Origin: a virus
Direction: 5' to 3' (one strand)
IMG/VR virus record: IMGVR_UViG_3300035199_000136
Coordinates: 1 to 40,487 of that record
Length of the DNA: 40,487 nucleotides
Shown: positions 14,663-23,853 of the stretch, one piece after another
Numbering within the stretch: position 1 is the first letter of the stretch
Layout: every line of letters starts with the position of its first letter
The notes under the pieces: generated by a model
Told to the model about the DNA's origin: nothing
Seen by the model: the letters and a program-made list of their open reading frames with translations, nothing else
The model's database searches: none
Position numbers and translations under genes: made by a program

Positions 14663-15016
14663 TTACTCCGGTTTAGTGAACTTGTCTTTCGTAGCCTTGA
14701 CTGCCTTGTACCAACTGCCTGTCTTGCCTAGCTTGCCATTCGTTATATCGTGGAACAGCATGTCCAACTGGTCGGGGATGCTTGGGTAACTACCGTCAAC
14801 TTGAGAGTCAGTCCTGAAGCTGGCGTAGTCTGCTGACTGCCCACCGTTTGCTTTAAGTTCGTTACGAACATCTCTTGCAGCACTAGCCGTTGCCCACTGG
14901 TCTATCGTGGCATTGAACTCAGATGAACTTAGTGTTTCACTGACACCGTTTACTACCCTCGTCAGCGACGAGTGCTTTGCTTTTAGAGCCGTAACATGCT
15001 CTGCCTTAGTTGCCAT
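14663..15016 (-). CDS. hypothetical late protein (117 aa)
   Basis: TAATG coupling to the upstream gene. Confidence 0.75.
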   Translation of the reverse strand: MATKAEHVTALKAKHSSLTRVVNGVSETLSSSEFNATIDQWATASAARDVRNELKANGGQSADYASFRTDSQVDGSYPSIPDQLDMLFHDITNGKLGKTGSWYKAVKATKDKFTKPE

Positions 15017-15564
15017 TAACCTACTCCGTACATCTTGATTGTGCCAGCGTCTATGTTACCGCTGCTCATCTTAAATTGAACCCTTGTGATAGCAGTCGTG
15101 ATGTTGATGTAGCCAGATACAAATGTCTGCACTGATGTGTCGCCACCTTGATAACAGTTAGAAGTAGAAATAAAGTGCTTCACGTATGCACTTGATGGGT
15201 CATATAGCGTCAGAATCCCAGAAGTAGACTGATCGGCTTCTCCAGCCCCCACATCCTTTGCCAGCGTTTGAAAGACACCGTTGGTGTCGCCAGCGGTTGC
15301 TTGGTCATCACCAGTGGAATAAGCCACCGTAGGCGACCCGCCAGATTCATCGTTATGCGCCTGAAAATAAGTGGTTATCATGGGGTGGTCGTAGTCGGAA
15401 TCACTCCCTGTTTCTACCTGAAACTGAAACTCAGTATTGTCAGTCGCTGGGTGAATCCCTACGTAGTGAAACTCATATACCGGGTACGTGTCGTCAATCC
15501 CAGAGGTAAACCCAAGGGTGGCACTGGTAGATGCGGTATCCGTGTCGATTAGTGTTAAAGCCAT
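15016..15564 (-). CDS. virion/tail-fibre-associated protein, paralogue B (182 aa)
   Basis: Shares SGIDxTY...NTxFQFQV...YVKH...GYINxTTAIxxxxFKMxSGNxDxGxIKMYG with the upstream gene. Confidence 0.6.
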   Translation of the reverse strand: MALTLIDTDTASTSATLGFTSGIDDTYPVYEFHYVGIHPATDNTEFQFQVETGSDSDYDHPMITTYFQAHNDESGGSPTVAYSTGDDQATAGDTNGVFQTLAKDVGAGEADQSTSGILTLYDPSSAYVKHFISTSNCYQGGDTSVQTFVSGYINITTAITRVQFKMSSGNIDAGTIKMYGVG

Positions 15565-16226
15565 TATTTCGCTATCCCGTACATTTTGATTACTCCATCT
15601 AAGTTGCCACTAGCCATCTTAAAACGAATGTCATCTATGGCAGTGGTGTCGTTTATGTACCCTGCCACCCAAGTATTATATGCAGCGTTCTGCTGTGCAT
15701 TTTCAGAAAACTGTGCCATCCAATGTTTTACATAAGTCCCGCTGGATGGGGCAAACAGCCACATCCTGCCCGAAATGGATTCATCTGCACCGTTGCCGAC
15801 ATAATGCTCAAGAGGTATAAAACTTGTTGATTGCTTGGCATCCCTGCTTGCATCATAATACAGGCTTGTGCCTGTTCCCTCCGAAGGCTCATCCTGATAC
15901 GCAGCAAAATGGGTACTCGTAATGGCAGAGTCGTTGTAATCAGCACCATCAGTCGCATTGACCTGAAACTGGAACTGCGTGTTATCAGTCGCAGCGTTGA
16001 GGTTGATGAAGTCGAAAATGAACACGTCATAGGTCGAGTCGATACCCGAACTAATATCAATGCTAGTAGCGTTTGATGCAGTAGATGTAGATATCAGCGT
16101 ATGAGCCTCAGTTACGCCAGCGAACTCAAGGCCACTTATCTTCTCTATATTATCGTCAGTTCTACCTATAATTTTTTCGATATCAGCAATCGCAATGCCG
16201 CTTACTTTTTCTACTGCGTTAGCCAT
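15564..16226 (-). CDS. virion/tail-fibre-associated protein, paralogue A (220 aa)
   Basis: Same motif set as paralogue B, plus a 40-aa N-terminal extension with (V/I)EK(V/I)SG repeats. Confidence 0.6.
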   Translation of the reverse strand: MANAVEKVSGIAIADIEKIIGRTDDNIEKISGLEFAGVTEAHTLISTSTASNATSIDISSGIDSTYDVFIFDFINLNAATDNTQFQFQVNATDGADYNDSAITSTHFAAYQDEPSEGTGTSLYYDASRDAKQSTSFIPLEHYVGNGADESISGRMWLFAPSSGTYVKHWMAQFSENAQQNAAYNTWVAGYINDTTAIDDIRFKMASGNLDGVIKMYGIAK

Positions 16227-18685
16227 TATGCATGCTCTATCACTGTAAAGTCAGGGTTAAAAAATACTGTGTTAGCGTCGGAAGCCCAACCGATTACTTG
16301 CACGAAATCACCATCCGTATCTGGAACTGCTCCCTCTGGCACATTCTTACCGCTCGTTTCAGCTTCAGGAACATACAGAGTTTCTCCTACAGTATAGGTT
16401 GGGAAGTTCGTATCAGCACGAAGGAAACCTTGTAATAAGAACGTACCTGTACCATCAGCGGATACGTCAGCAACACACAAAGCAACACACATTATGTCCG
16501 CACTAATTAGTCCTGTGCCGCCTGTATTTGAAACTGCTTTCCACATCTTAGTATCGGCAGCTTTCAGATAGACACATTCTCCATCTTCTAAATCTTCACC
16601 CGCTGTAAACTGCGCCGTAATTCCTGAATAAACAGTATCGGCTGGTGTGGAATCCACAAGAATGGATTTATCAAGTGACACTTCCTGTGCAAACGTAACT
16701 CCACCACCGTCGGCTATTGTCATAGCCAAGTCACCGTCACTGTAATCAATCGTCCGAATCTGCATACTGCCTGTACTGGTAAGAGTATTGGAGCCTAAGT
16801 CAACGGCAGCAGCAAACGTAGTTCCACCGCCATCGGCTATGGTTATTGCGTTATCTCCATCCGTGTAACCAATGCTTGCGGTTTGCACTTCGTCTTCGAC
16901 AACTATGTTTCCAACTCTAATGTCAGCATAGTCATCTATGTCTACGTTGCCAGTGGTAGTCCCTGCCTCGTCATTCGTAAAGGCAAAGGCAAACTGATCG
17001 TCAGATTCGTCCCAGAGAATCGCACGGTTCGCTATGTCAGACGCAGAGCCATTGCCCCTGGTAAAGATAATTCCAAGGTCAACCGCAGGAGAAGCAGTAG
17101 TGCCCTGTGCCAGTTTTATGAGTGGGTCTGTAACAGTAAGGTTAGTAGTGTCAACCGTAGTTGTAGTTCCAGAAACAGTCAGGGTCCCGCTAACGGTCAG
17201 ATTGTCAGTAATCGCTACGTTACCATCAGTCACTTCAAGGGCGTTTTGCCCATCAGTTCCTATGATTACCAGCTTCTCGTCTGAAGAATCCCACAGCATG
17301 TGGTCGCCACTGGTAGCAGAATAAAAGTAAACGTCTTCCCCAGAACCCGCACTGCCAAATGCAATACTGCTGCCATCAGAGGTAATAGTGTCTAAAGCTA
17401 TTCCACCCACATTAGTAATGTCATTATCGTTGAAGGATGTAGCACCTAACGACACAGAACCTGTAGCTGTTAAGTTATCAGAACCTATATCTATATTCCC
17501 AAAGCCAGAGGAGATTGACCCACCACCCAAAGCACCTACGGAGGTCACATTTGTCTGTGCGGCTGTCTGAAGCGTTCCTGCAAGTTGTGTAGCAGTTAAG
17601 CGTCCGGTGGATGGGTTGTAGTTTAATGTCCCGTCAGATTCCAGACCAATGTTTCCACCGTCTACATCACCATCTGATGTGAAGACAATAGCGTTATCTT
17701 CGTTTGTGCTTTCGTTGTCAGTAATGGTTACAGTAGTTGCCACCGCCGCTGTGTCAGCAGCAATAGTTCCGCTAACAGTTAGGTCGCCTGTAATAGCGAC
17801 CGTATTAGTTCCCCCTGCCGTACTGATTGCAATTACATCGGCTGACCCATCAGTAATGCTTAAAGCATCAGCCAGTCCGTTCGTTAGAACAATTTCGTTT
17901 TCAGTTGAGCCTCCTGTAAACGCAAGGTCCACGTTGGCTCCAAAAGCAACAGAAACAGTGCCGTCGCCACCATAGGTCAGTGTGCCTGATGAGTGAGTGA
18001 GGGTGACATCGCCGCCGTCAAAGTTGACAACGCCACCTGATCCTAAGTGCAGGTCGTTGAACCCAAGAGCAGAGGTTCCTAAGTCCAGCCCAGCATCAGC
18101 TTCAGGCCACAAAGCCGCTCCGCTTAGATGCAACTCCTCAACGAGCGTTCCTGCTGTCATTGCCCAGAAGTTGAACTGCCCGTCTTCTGAGCCGTCTGAT
18201 ACGTCTGCACCTTCCCACGCAATACGTGCGGCAATCCATTCCTGCTTATCGGTGTGGTCGTTTGAAAGAGTAAAGTCGATATAGCCAAGGTCGCCGTCAC
18301 TTGGAGTGTCTGCTGTCTCAACTCCAGAGGATTCCGTTGAGGGTCTAAACCCGAACGTGGCTACGAGCGAGGCTGCTTCCGACGTGGTTGAATAGGCAGA
18401 TAAAGCAGGCTGGGCTGTGGTGATATTACGAGCCTGAATCTCTGTGACCTGGAATCTGTCTCGTGCCAGTATGCGAATTGTCTCAGTGCCCTTGACTAGC
18501 TGAACGTCATAGCGCCCAGGAGTCGTGACAGTAAAATCCCACTCTCCTGTAGAAGAATCAGTTGTATCGGTTGCAATCGCAGGGGTGACAGTTCCCTCTC
18601 GGTACAAAGTAGCCGTTTCACTTGTAATAGCGTTACCGCTGCTATTTAGAAACGTCCCACTAAGACGGATATCTTCTTGAGCCAT
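16226..18685 (-). CDS. tail fibre / tailspike protein (819 aa)
   Basis: Gly/Thr/Asp-rich repetitive segments (e.g. ITIADGGGTTFAAAVDLGSN / MTIADGGGVTFAQEVSL). Position in the tail module. Confidence 0.7.
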   Translation of the reverse strand: MAQEDIRLSGTFLNSSGNAITSETATLYREGTVTPAIATDTTDSSTGEWDFTVTTPGRYDVQLVKGTETIRILARDRFQVTEIQARNITTAQPALSAYSTTSEAASLVATFGFRPSTESSGVETADTPSDGDLGYIDFTLSNDHTDKQEWIAARIAWEGADVSDGSEDGQFNFWAMTAGTLVEELHLSGAALWPEADAGLDLGTSALGFNDLHLGSGGVVNFDGGDVTLTHSSGTLTYGGDGTVSVAFGANVDLAFTGGSTENEIVLTNGLADALSITDGSADVIAISTAGGTNTVAITGDLTVSGTIAADTAAVATTVTITDNESTNEDNAIVFTSDGDVDGGNIGLESDGTLNYNPSTGRLTATQLAGTLQTAAQTNVTSVGALGGGSISSGFGNIDIGSDNLTATGSVSLGATSFNDNDITNVGGIALDTITSDGSSIAFGSAGSGEDVYFYSATSGDHMLWDSSDEKLVIIGTDGQNALEVTDGNVAITDNLTVSGTLTVSGTTTTVDTTNLTVTDPLIKLAQGTTASPAVDLGIIFTRGNGSASDIANRAILWDESDDQFAFAFTNDEAGTTTGNVDIDDYADIRVGNIVVEDEVQTASIGYTDGDNAITIADGGGTTFAAAVDLGSNTLTSTGSMQIRTIDYSDGDLAMTIADGGGVTFAQEVSLDKSILVDSTPADTVYSGITAQFTAGEDLEDGECVYLKAADTKMWKAVSNTGGTGLISADIMCVALCVADVSADGTGTFLLQGFLRADTNFPTYTVGETLYVPEAETSGKNVPEGAVPDTDGDFVQVIGWASDANTVFFNPDFTVIEHA

Positions 18686-18690
18686 GATAC

Positions 18691-19137
18691 TTAAATTCCT
18701 TGTGGGCCTTTACCACGTATTCCTGCAAGGGCTTCACGTACAGCCTCGTCAGGGTTATTGATAGCCTCTTCTTCTTGTATAAATTCTACACGCAATCCGT
18801 CCGCTTCAAGAGCCGCACGCATCAACGCATCGTGCGCCCTCTGGCCTGTTGTACGGTTATGATAATAGACTGACTGGACATTAATGCCCATATAAGGGCT
18901 GCGAATAAGGAAGTCAACGACTGATCCACCACGGGTGTACCTGCCGCCAAACTGCTTGGACTGGAACGAAAAATCTCCCGCCTCTTCAAGCCTGCCAGTC
19001 CTGATAATTGCACGATATACCCAGTATTCAGGCTGGGAGCCACCACGTTCAAGCCACCATTCAGGAACTTCCTCGACGGGAGCCCCTGTAATAGTGCGTG
19101 TTGTTGCTGGACGTTTTGACCTGAACGATTGAACCAT
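18691..19137 (-). CDS. Vsr/DUF559-like (restriction-endonuclease fold) small protein candidate
   Basis: The pattern E..W.Y....R...F.FQ....G....VDF....GINVQSVYYH...D..R...L...G..V..I resembles DUF559/Vsr. The acidic catalytic positions appear substituted. Confidence 0.35.
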   Translation of the reverse strand: MVQSFRSKRPATTRTITGAPVEEVPEWWLERGGSQPEYWVYRAIIRTGRLEEAGDFSFQSKQFGGRYTRGGSVVDFLIRSPYMGINVQSVYYHNRTTGQRAHDALMRAALEADGLRVEFIQEEEAINNPDEAVREALAGIRGKGPQGI

Positions 19138-21053
19138 TACCTGCTCCTCGACTGCCTGGGTTCAACGAAACTCGTGCGGAATACCCCAACCTCTGCCTCG
19201 CCACCGGCCTCTTCAAGGCTCTGAAGGTCAGTCATGTCAACATAGTAGTTCTGGCTCTCTGTCGTGTCATTACGATATGTGACCTCGATCAATGTGCCCG
19301 AACCAAGGGCTGACTTCAGATCGGCAATCTGCTGCTTGGTGCTGCGACCGTCAGGGCTTGCCTCTGTCACGTCAATGTCAGCAGCAATTCCCCACAAAAG
19401 GGCAACCACTGAACGCCACACCAATGTCAGCTTGATAAGTTGCGGAGTGCTTGTCGTGGTCGCGCCACGAGCGAATGACACTTTGAACTTTATAGCCCTG
19501 AAGACCTCGCCAACAGGGGAACTGTTCACAACTATACGGAACTTATGCTGCCCTGAACTCGTAATCAGCCCGTCGGTCAGATCGGAGTCATCAAGCGTCG
19601 TATACGATTCAGAGTAGTCCGTCGCATATTCAATCTTGACTGTCTCAGATGTACTTGGGTTGATCGTTTCTACCAGCACATCGAGCGCAACCTTGGTCTG
19701 GTTACGAATGTTGAAGTCGTTCCACGGTGTCTCAAGCGTTCCACTCGCAGCATACTCAGACCCTGTAACCTGAAGCGGGTTCACCGCATCTACCGGCAAG
19801 TCCTGGTAGTACACCGTCTGGTTGGAAGCCCACCACATGCGGTATTGATTGTAAGAATTGGATATTTCCCCAGCCGTAATTGGCTTCTCGGTATTAGAGT
19901 CACTGAGCCATTTCCACTCCCAGCCTCGCTCGTCAAATCCAAGTATCTGGGAAAAACCACGATATACGCCTATGATTGCGCCGTGGTGAGAGCCAACTCC
20001 ACGAGTTACATAAGAAGGCGTGCTAATACCCGAAGCAACAGACGCATCAAGAAGCACCATCAGGTCATTATGCGTTCCAAGCACCTCGGTAATGACGCCA
20101 CGCTTGTCAGAAGGCAATCCGTGGTCACGGTCTGGGCCTACAGGGACAACGACGGTCTGGTCACTACCAGCCTGGAACCTGTAAATAGAGTTCCCCGCAG
20201 GAAAATAAATTGATCCTCGCCAGACAGAAGTGCCTTTACCGGCGTCAGGATGAAACGGCAACTGCAAGTCTGTTGGCACGAACCGCTGGTTTATATCGTC
20301 ATGAACATACAGCCCGACCTTGGTTGCCGCATAGATATGCTCTTCCCTGTCAGGACCACGGGCGATCAGCAGCTTGACAATGTAATCATCGGGCAGTTGC
20401 AACAGCGCGTCAGTTGACCATGCAGCCGACAGGTCATCCGTGTAGTACAGTTGACCGGCTTCTGAAATTCCCCATAGCAGGTCTTTCCAGAAAACGATGT
20501 ACTTGATGTCGGTCGTATTTCTAGCCCACGAATCAGATGCCGTGGCGTAATCCACTTCTGAGCCGGTAGCAATCGCAAGGGTTTCCGTTCCCCCGACCAG
20601 CCCCTTTGCTGCATCTGTAGGGTTATTCAAAAGAGTGCGAACTGACGAACCCCATGTATCAGAAACGTTGTTATAGACATGAACTTCCGTTGCGAAGCTG
20701 GCATACATTTCGTTTTTGAAATCTGTAAGCGTGTGAACCGTGTCAGTAGGGCTGTTAGACGTGGCAGTTGCCAGCCTTGGCAGAATGATCCGGTCTTTAT
20801 ACCGTGTCTGAATATCTCCCCACCACACACGGTCTGCGTCCTTGGTTGGGTCCATGATCTCAACACCAACCCCGCCACGTATATCCCCTATGTTCCACTC
20901 AGATGCGTGCGGGTTGTCTGATGACGAGGACTCGCCAATAATAATGCGGCCTGGCTGCTGAGATGCGTCAAACAGGCGTACCTTGCCTTTAGCCCAGTAC
21001 GACTTGTTATCGACAATAATCGTGTTTCGCTGCACGGCACGGTCGTTAGCCAT
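19137..21053 (-). CDS. large tail structural protein (nozzle or baseplate-like), 638 aa
   Basis: Size and position in the tail module. No motif recognised. Confidence 0.45.
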   Translation of the reverse strand: MANDRAVQRNTIIVDNKSYWAKGKVRLFDASQQPGRIIIGESSSSDNPHASEWNIGDIRGGVGVEIMDPTKDADRVWWGDIQTRYKDRIILPRLATATSNSPTDTVHTLTDFKNEMYASFATEVHVYNNVSDTWGSSVRTLLNNPTDAAKGLVGGTETLAIATGSEVDYATASDSWARNTTDIKYIVFWKDLLWGISEAGQLYYTDDLSAAWSTDALLQLPDDYIVKLLIARGPDREEHIYAATKVGLYVHDDINQRFVPTDLQLPFHPDAGKGTSVWRGSIYFPAGNSIYRFQAGSDQTVVVPVGPDRDHGLPSDKRGVITEVLGTHNDLMVLLDASVASGISTPSYVTRGVGSHHGAIIGVYRGFSQILGFDERGWEWKWLSDSNTEKPITAGEISNSYNQYRMWWASNQTVYYQDLPVDAVNPLQVTGSEYAASGTLETPWNDFNIRNQTKVALDVLVETINPSTSETVKIEYATDYSESYTTLDDSDLTDGLITSSGQHKFRIVVNSSPVGEVFRAIKFKVSFARGATTTSTPQLIKLTLVWRSVVALLWGIAADIDVTEASPDGRSTKQQIADLKSALGSGTLIEVTYRNDTTESQNYYVDMTDLQSLEEAGGEAEVGVFRTSFVEPRQSRSR

Positions 21054-21381
21054 TTTTCATTTCCTGACCGAAGACTGTGACGGTTACTTCGCTGCCTGCA
21101 CTTGCCCGTGCTGCAAGGTTGCCTGACGAATTATTCATAAAGAACGGCCCTTCGATGCGAGCGGATTGATTTGCCGTTAAAGCTACATCATAGGCGATAG
21201 CAGTTGTCTGGTCATAAGTGGTGCCATCGTCATCAAAGAAAAGCCGGTACGTGGGAGTATTTCCTGCGTGTTCCGACACCATGATGATGTCGATACGGTA
21301 CTCAAATCCGCGAGTAGGAGAGAAGACGCTTGTTGCGGTAGTGTTTGTAAGGCGGGTCTGTCCCAAGATTTTCCACGTCAA
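21046..21381 (-). CDS. hypothetical structural protein (111 aa), TTG start
   Basis: Strong SD taggagggtgtc directly before the TTG. Confidence 0.7.
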   Translation of the reverse strand: MTWKILGQTRLTNTTATSVFSPTRGFEYRIDIIMVSEHAGNTPTYRLFFDDDGTTYDQTTAIAYDVALTANQSARIEGPFFMNNSSGNLAARASAGSEVTVTVFGQEMKNG

Positions 21382-21390
21382 GACACCCTC

Positions 21391-22536
21391 CTAATCGTCA
21401 ATCCAGACAGTCCCGCTTGGTATCTGCTGTCCTGTCAGGGCGTTCAACGCAAATGCCTCGTATCGGTCTGCCTCAAGATAAGCAGCATCCCTGTTTCCAT
21501 CACGACGATCACCCCTTGCACGAAGCAGCGTGGCTAACGCCTTGTTAATAATGTATTCAGATTCTACGTCACATGAAGTGGCGTCAGCAGATAACTCGGT
21601 GGGCTTCTTTACCCCCAGTAACTTGATAAGCGCATAAGAAGACCCTGAAGGAGCGTTGTTGTAATTAAGGCTGAAAGTCCTTGCGTCCTTATCGACAGTC
21701 CATGCGTTACGGTGAACAGACACCCAGTCTTCTGAGTTAGCGACTGTGCCCCTGATTGCGTCTACCTGGTAAGTGACCGCACCGATGTCAACATCGTACT
21801 CAAAGCCAACTGAAATAATCGCCGAGTCAGACAGCGGGTTGGCAAGTGCCAGTCTTACATATGTCCATGTACCGGCTGTAATAGCGGGTAAACTTAGTAG
21901 TTCTGTCTCAGTAGCAGCGTTAGCCGTAGTCGAGAGAACGAGTTTCACCTGACCTGAAGTGAGCGTGACTGTGGACTTGAACCAGAACTCAGCGTGCGTG
22001 AACTTCGAGAGGTCAAGGCTCACCTTCTGGGAAGCGATGATGTCTCCCGCAGTGGCAGACCCAGTTAACACGAACTTGTTAGATGCAGCACCCTCACGCC
22101 GGTCTTCCGTTTCAGCGGAGACTGTTACACCAGTACCTGAAGACTCAGACCATGCGCTATCACAGTTCTCAATGACCTTTTCGGTTTGATTCAGGCGAAC
22201 TTGGATATTGTTGATGCCAACCACCGAGGTCGGAATGGAAAAGTTGTTTATCGCAGAAGATGTATGTATAGAGATATCACGAAGCGGCGGGGCACCTCTT
22301 CTTGGGATCGCACGTATTGCACGGTTTATAGCATTGTGAACCCTCGTAGGGTCTAAGTCCCTGTGCCAGAGTTCGTAGGTATCCCCGTCAGCTACGGTAG
22401 CCGCCAGAACATCACCACGCAGCGTTCCCGTGGTAGTAGAGCCAACATAGTCATTGATTAGCCTGATTTCCTCGTCATTGGTTCCCGACGTCCCGCGCCA
22501 GTACCAGCCGTTGATGTAGTCATCCGTGGCGTCCAA
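21391..22536 (-). CDS. hypothetical structural protein (381 aa); start uncertain
   Basis: The TTG start lacks an SD. The reading frame stays open for 44 codons upstream, up to the TAG of the preceding gene. Confidence 0.7.
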   Translation of the reverse strand: MDATDDYINGWYWRGTSGTNDEEIRLINDYVGSTTTGTLRGDVLAATVADGDTYELWHRDLDPTRVHNAINRAIRAIPRRGAPPLRDISIHTSSAINNFSIPTSVVGINNIQVRLNQTEKVIENCDSAWSESSGTGVTVSAETEDRREGAASNKFVLTGSATAGDIIASQKVSLDLSKFTHAEFWFKSTVTLTSGQVKLVLSTTANAATETELLSLPAITAGTWTYVRLALANPLSDSAIISVGFEYDVDIGAVTYQVDAIRGTVANSEDWVSVHRNAWTVDKDARTFSLNYNNAPSGSSYALIKLLGVKKPTELSADATSCDVESEYIINKALATLLRARGDRRDGNRDAAYLEADRYEAFALNALTGQQIPSGTVWIDD

Positions 22537-22668
22537 CTCGGAGTCAACAAATTTATCGTCTGCGCCAGAAGATGTGGCAGTATGCGACTCATAGCCCCCA
22601 TATTGGTACCCAATAGATGCGGCTAATTCTTCCCTGGTTTGCGCTATCAGAACTGCTATGACGCACCT

Positions 22669-23412
22669 CTATGCCGTATGAACTTTAGACTTGTGCCTGT
22701 AGTATGCCGTTTTTCGTGATGTTGCCTTTGTCGCATCGTTTGTCCATTCACAGTCAGGACACGTTCCAGAATATGCTGAAAACGAAGTTTCTGGTACTTC
22801 ATTAACAGCAGCCGGGACTTGTGCAGCAGCGTCTGCTGCGGCAGGAACAAGTTGCGATAGGGTCAGTTCCCTTATTCGACGTTCCTGTTCTTCCCGTTCC
22901 TGGTCACGATTCTCGTAAATTGCGCTCCATTCCTGCTGATGACGATTTTGGGCATGAGTCCTCACGTCAAGCAATGTACGCAGGTTGGACTTGTCACATG
23001 TGCCTAAACCAAGCCTCTTGTGAAACTCACGGTCAGGGTGTTCCTCGTGAAGCAGGCAGAGATATTCGCCTGAGACAACTTCAGGGGCGTCGGAGCGACG
23101 GGTTGTAAAAACACGCTTGCCGGTGTCCGGGTCTGTCTTAGCAAGCTGTGTGGCAAGCATGTTGTTGTTAACAATAGATGCTTCGCCGTTACGAATGTCA
23201 TACACAACAGATTTCCCAGCCGATGACGCCTCTTCGATAATCATTGCATACGGGTCGTTAGCTGTAGGAGTGTGGGCAAACTGCCCTTCCTTCACGTCCG
23301 TATCGTCAATGACATCCTGCGCTTCTAACGCAAGTTCGTGAACAGAAGTTCCTTCAAGAGCCTCGTTGCTCATATCTGCCATCGTTGCCAGTTGTTCTTT
23401 TGTGACTGCCAT
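22669..23412 (-). CDS. hypothetical structural-module protein with a C-terminal C2H2-like zinc finger (247 aa)
   Basis: CPDCEWTNDATKATSRKTAYYRHKSKVH. ATG overlaps the upstream stop. Confidence 0.7.
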   Translation of the reverse strand: MAVTKEQLATMADMSNEALEGTSVHELALEAQDVIDDTDVKEGQFAHTPTANDPYAMIIEEASSAGKSVVYDIRNGEASIVNNNMLATQLAKTDPDTGKRVFTTRRSDAPEVVSGEYLCLLHEEHPDREFHKRLGLGTCDKSNLRTLLDVRTHAQNRHQQEWSAIYENRDQEREEQERRIRELTLSQLVPAAADAAAQVPAAVNEVPETSFSAYSGTCPDCEWTNDATKATSRKTAYYRHKSKVHTA

Positions 23413-23798
23413 TATTGCTTTCCTTCTAGGGCTGCACGTTTTGCACGTTCATCGTGATATGCCTCTGCCCATTGTTCAGGTGTCCCTGTTGGTGATACAT
23501 CATACGCGTCTTCAGAGAATCCTCTCAAGCGCATTTCATTTGCCAGATCACGAAGACTACCTACTGTTTCATAAGCCGCACCAGAGTTCGGGTCGCCCCC
23601 AATGATATTGATTGGTCGAGAACCTTCAAACCATTCAGACTTTCCCAGAGGCTCTTTATACGTTGCTATTCTATCGTTTCTAACAACTCTTAGTTCCTGC
23701 CATCGGTAGGAACCATGCCCAGGTTTGTCTGCGTCGTACTCGCGCAACAGAAACGCAGGCTCGTCATTTCTAACAGAGGCCACAATCGCTTCAATCAT
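23412..23798 (-). CDS. hypothetical protein (128 aa)
   Basis: ORF in the late operon. Confidence 0.75.
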   Translation of the reverse strand: MIEAIVASVRNDEPAFLLREYDADKPGHGSYRWQELRVVRNDRIATYKEPLGKSEWFEGSRPINIIGGDPNSGAAYETVGSLRDLANEMRLRGFSEDAYDVSPTGTPEQWAEAYHDERAKRAALEGKQ

Positions 23799-23826
23799 TC
23801 AATTCCTCTAGCCTAAACATTGCCCC

Positions 23827-23840
23827 CGCCCCGAAGGGCG
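23827..23840 (-). promoter_or_regulatory. GC stem with a UUCG tetraloop (cgccc-uucg-gggcg on the transcript) downstream of the 248-aa gene
   Basis: Read directly from the sequence. No T-tract follows. Confidence 0.45.
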
Positions 23841-23853
23841 AGAGCTTTGTTTA

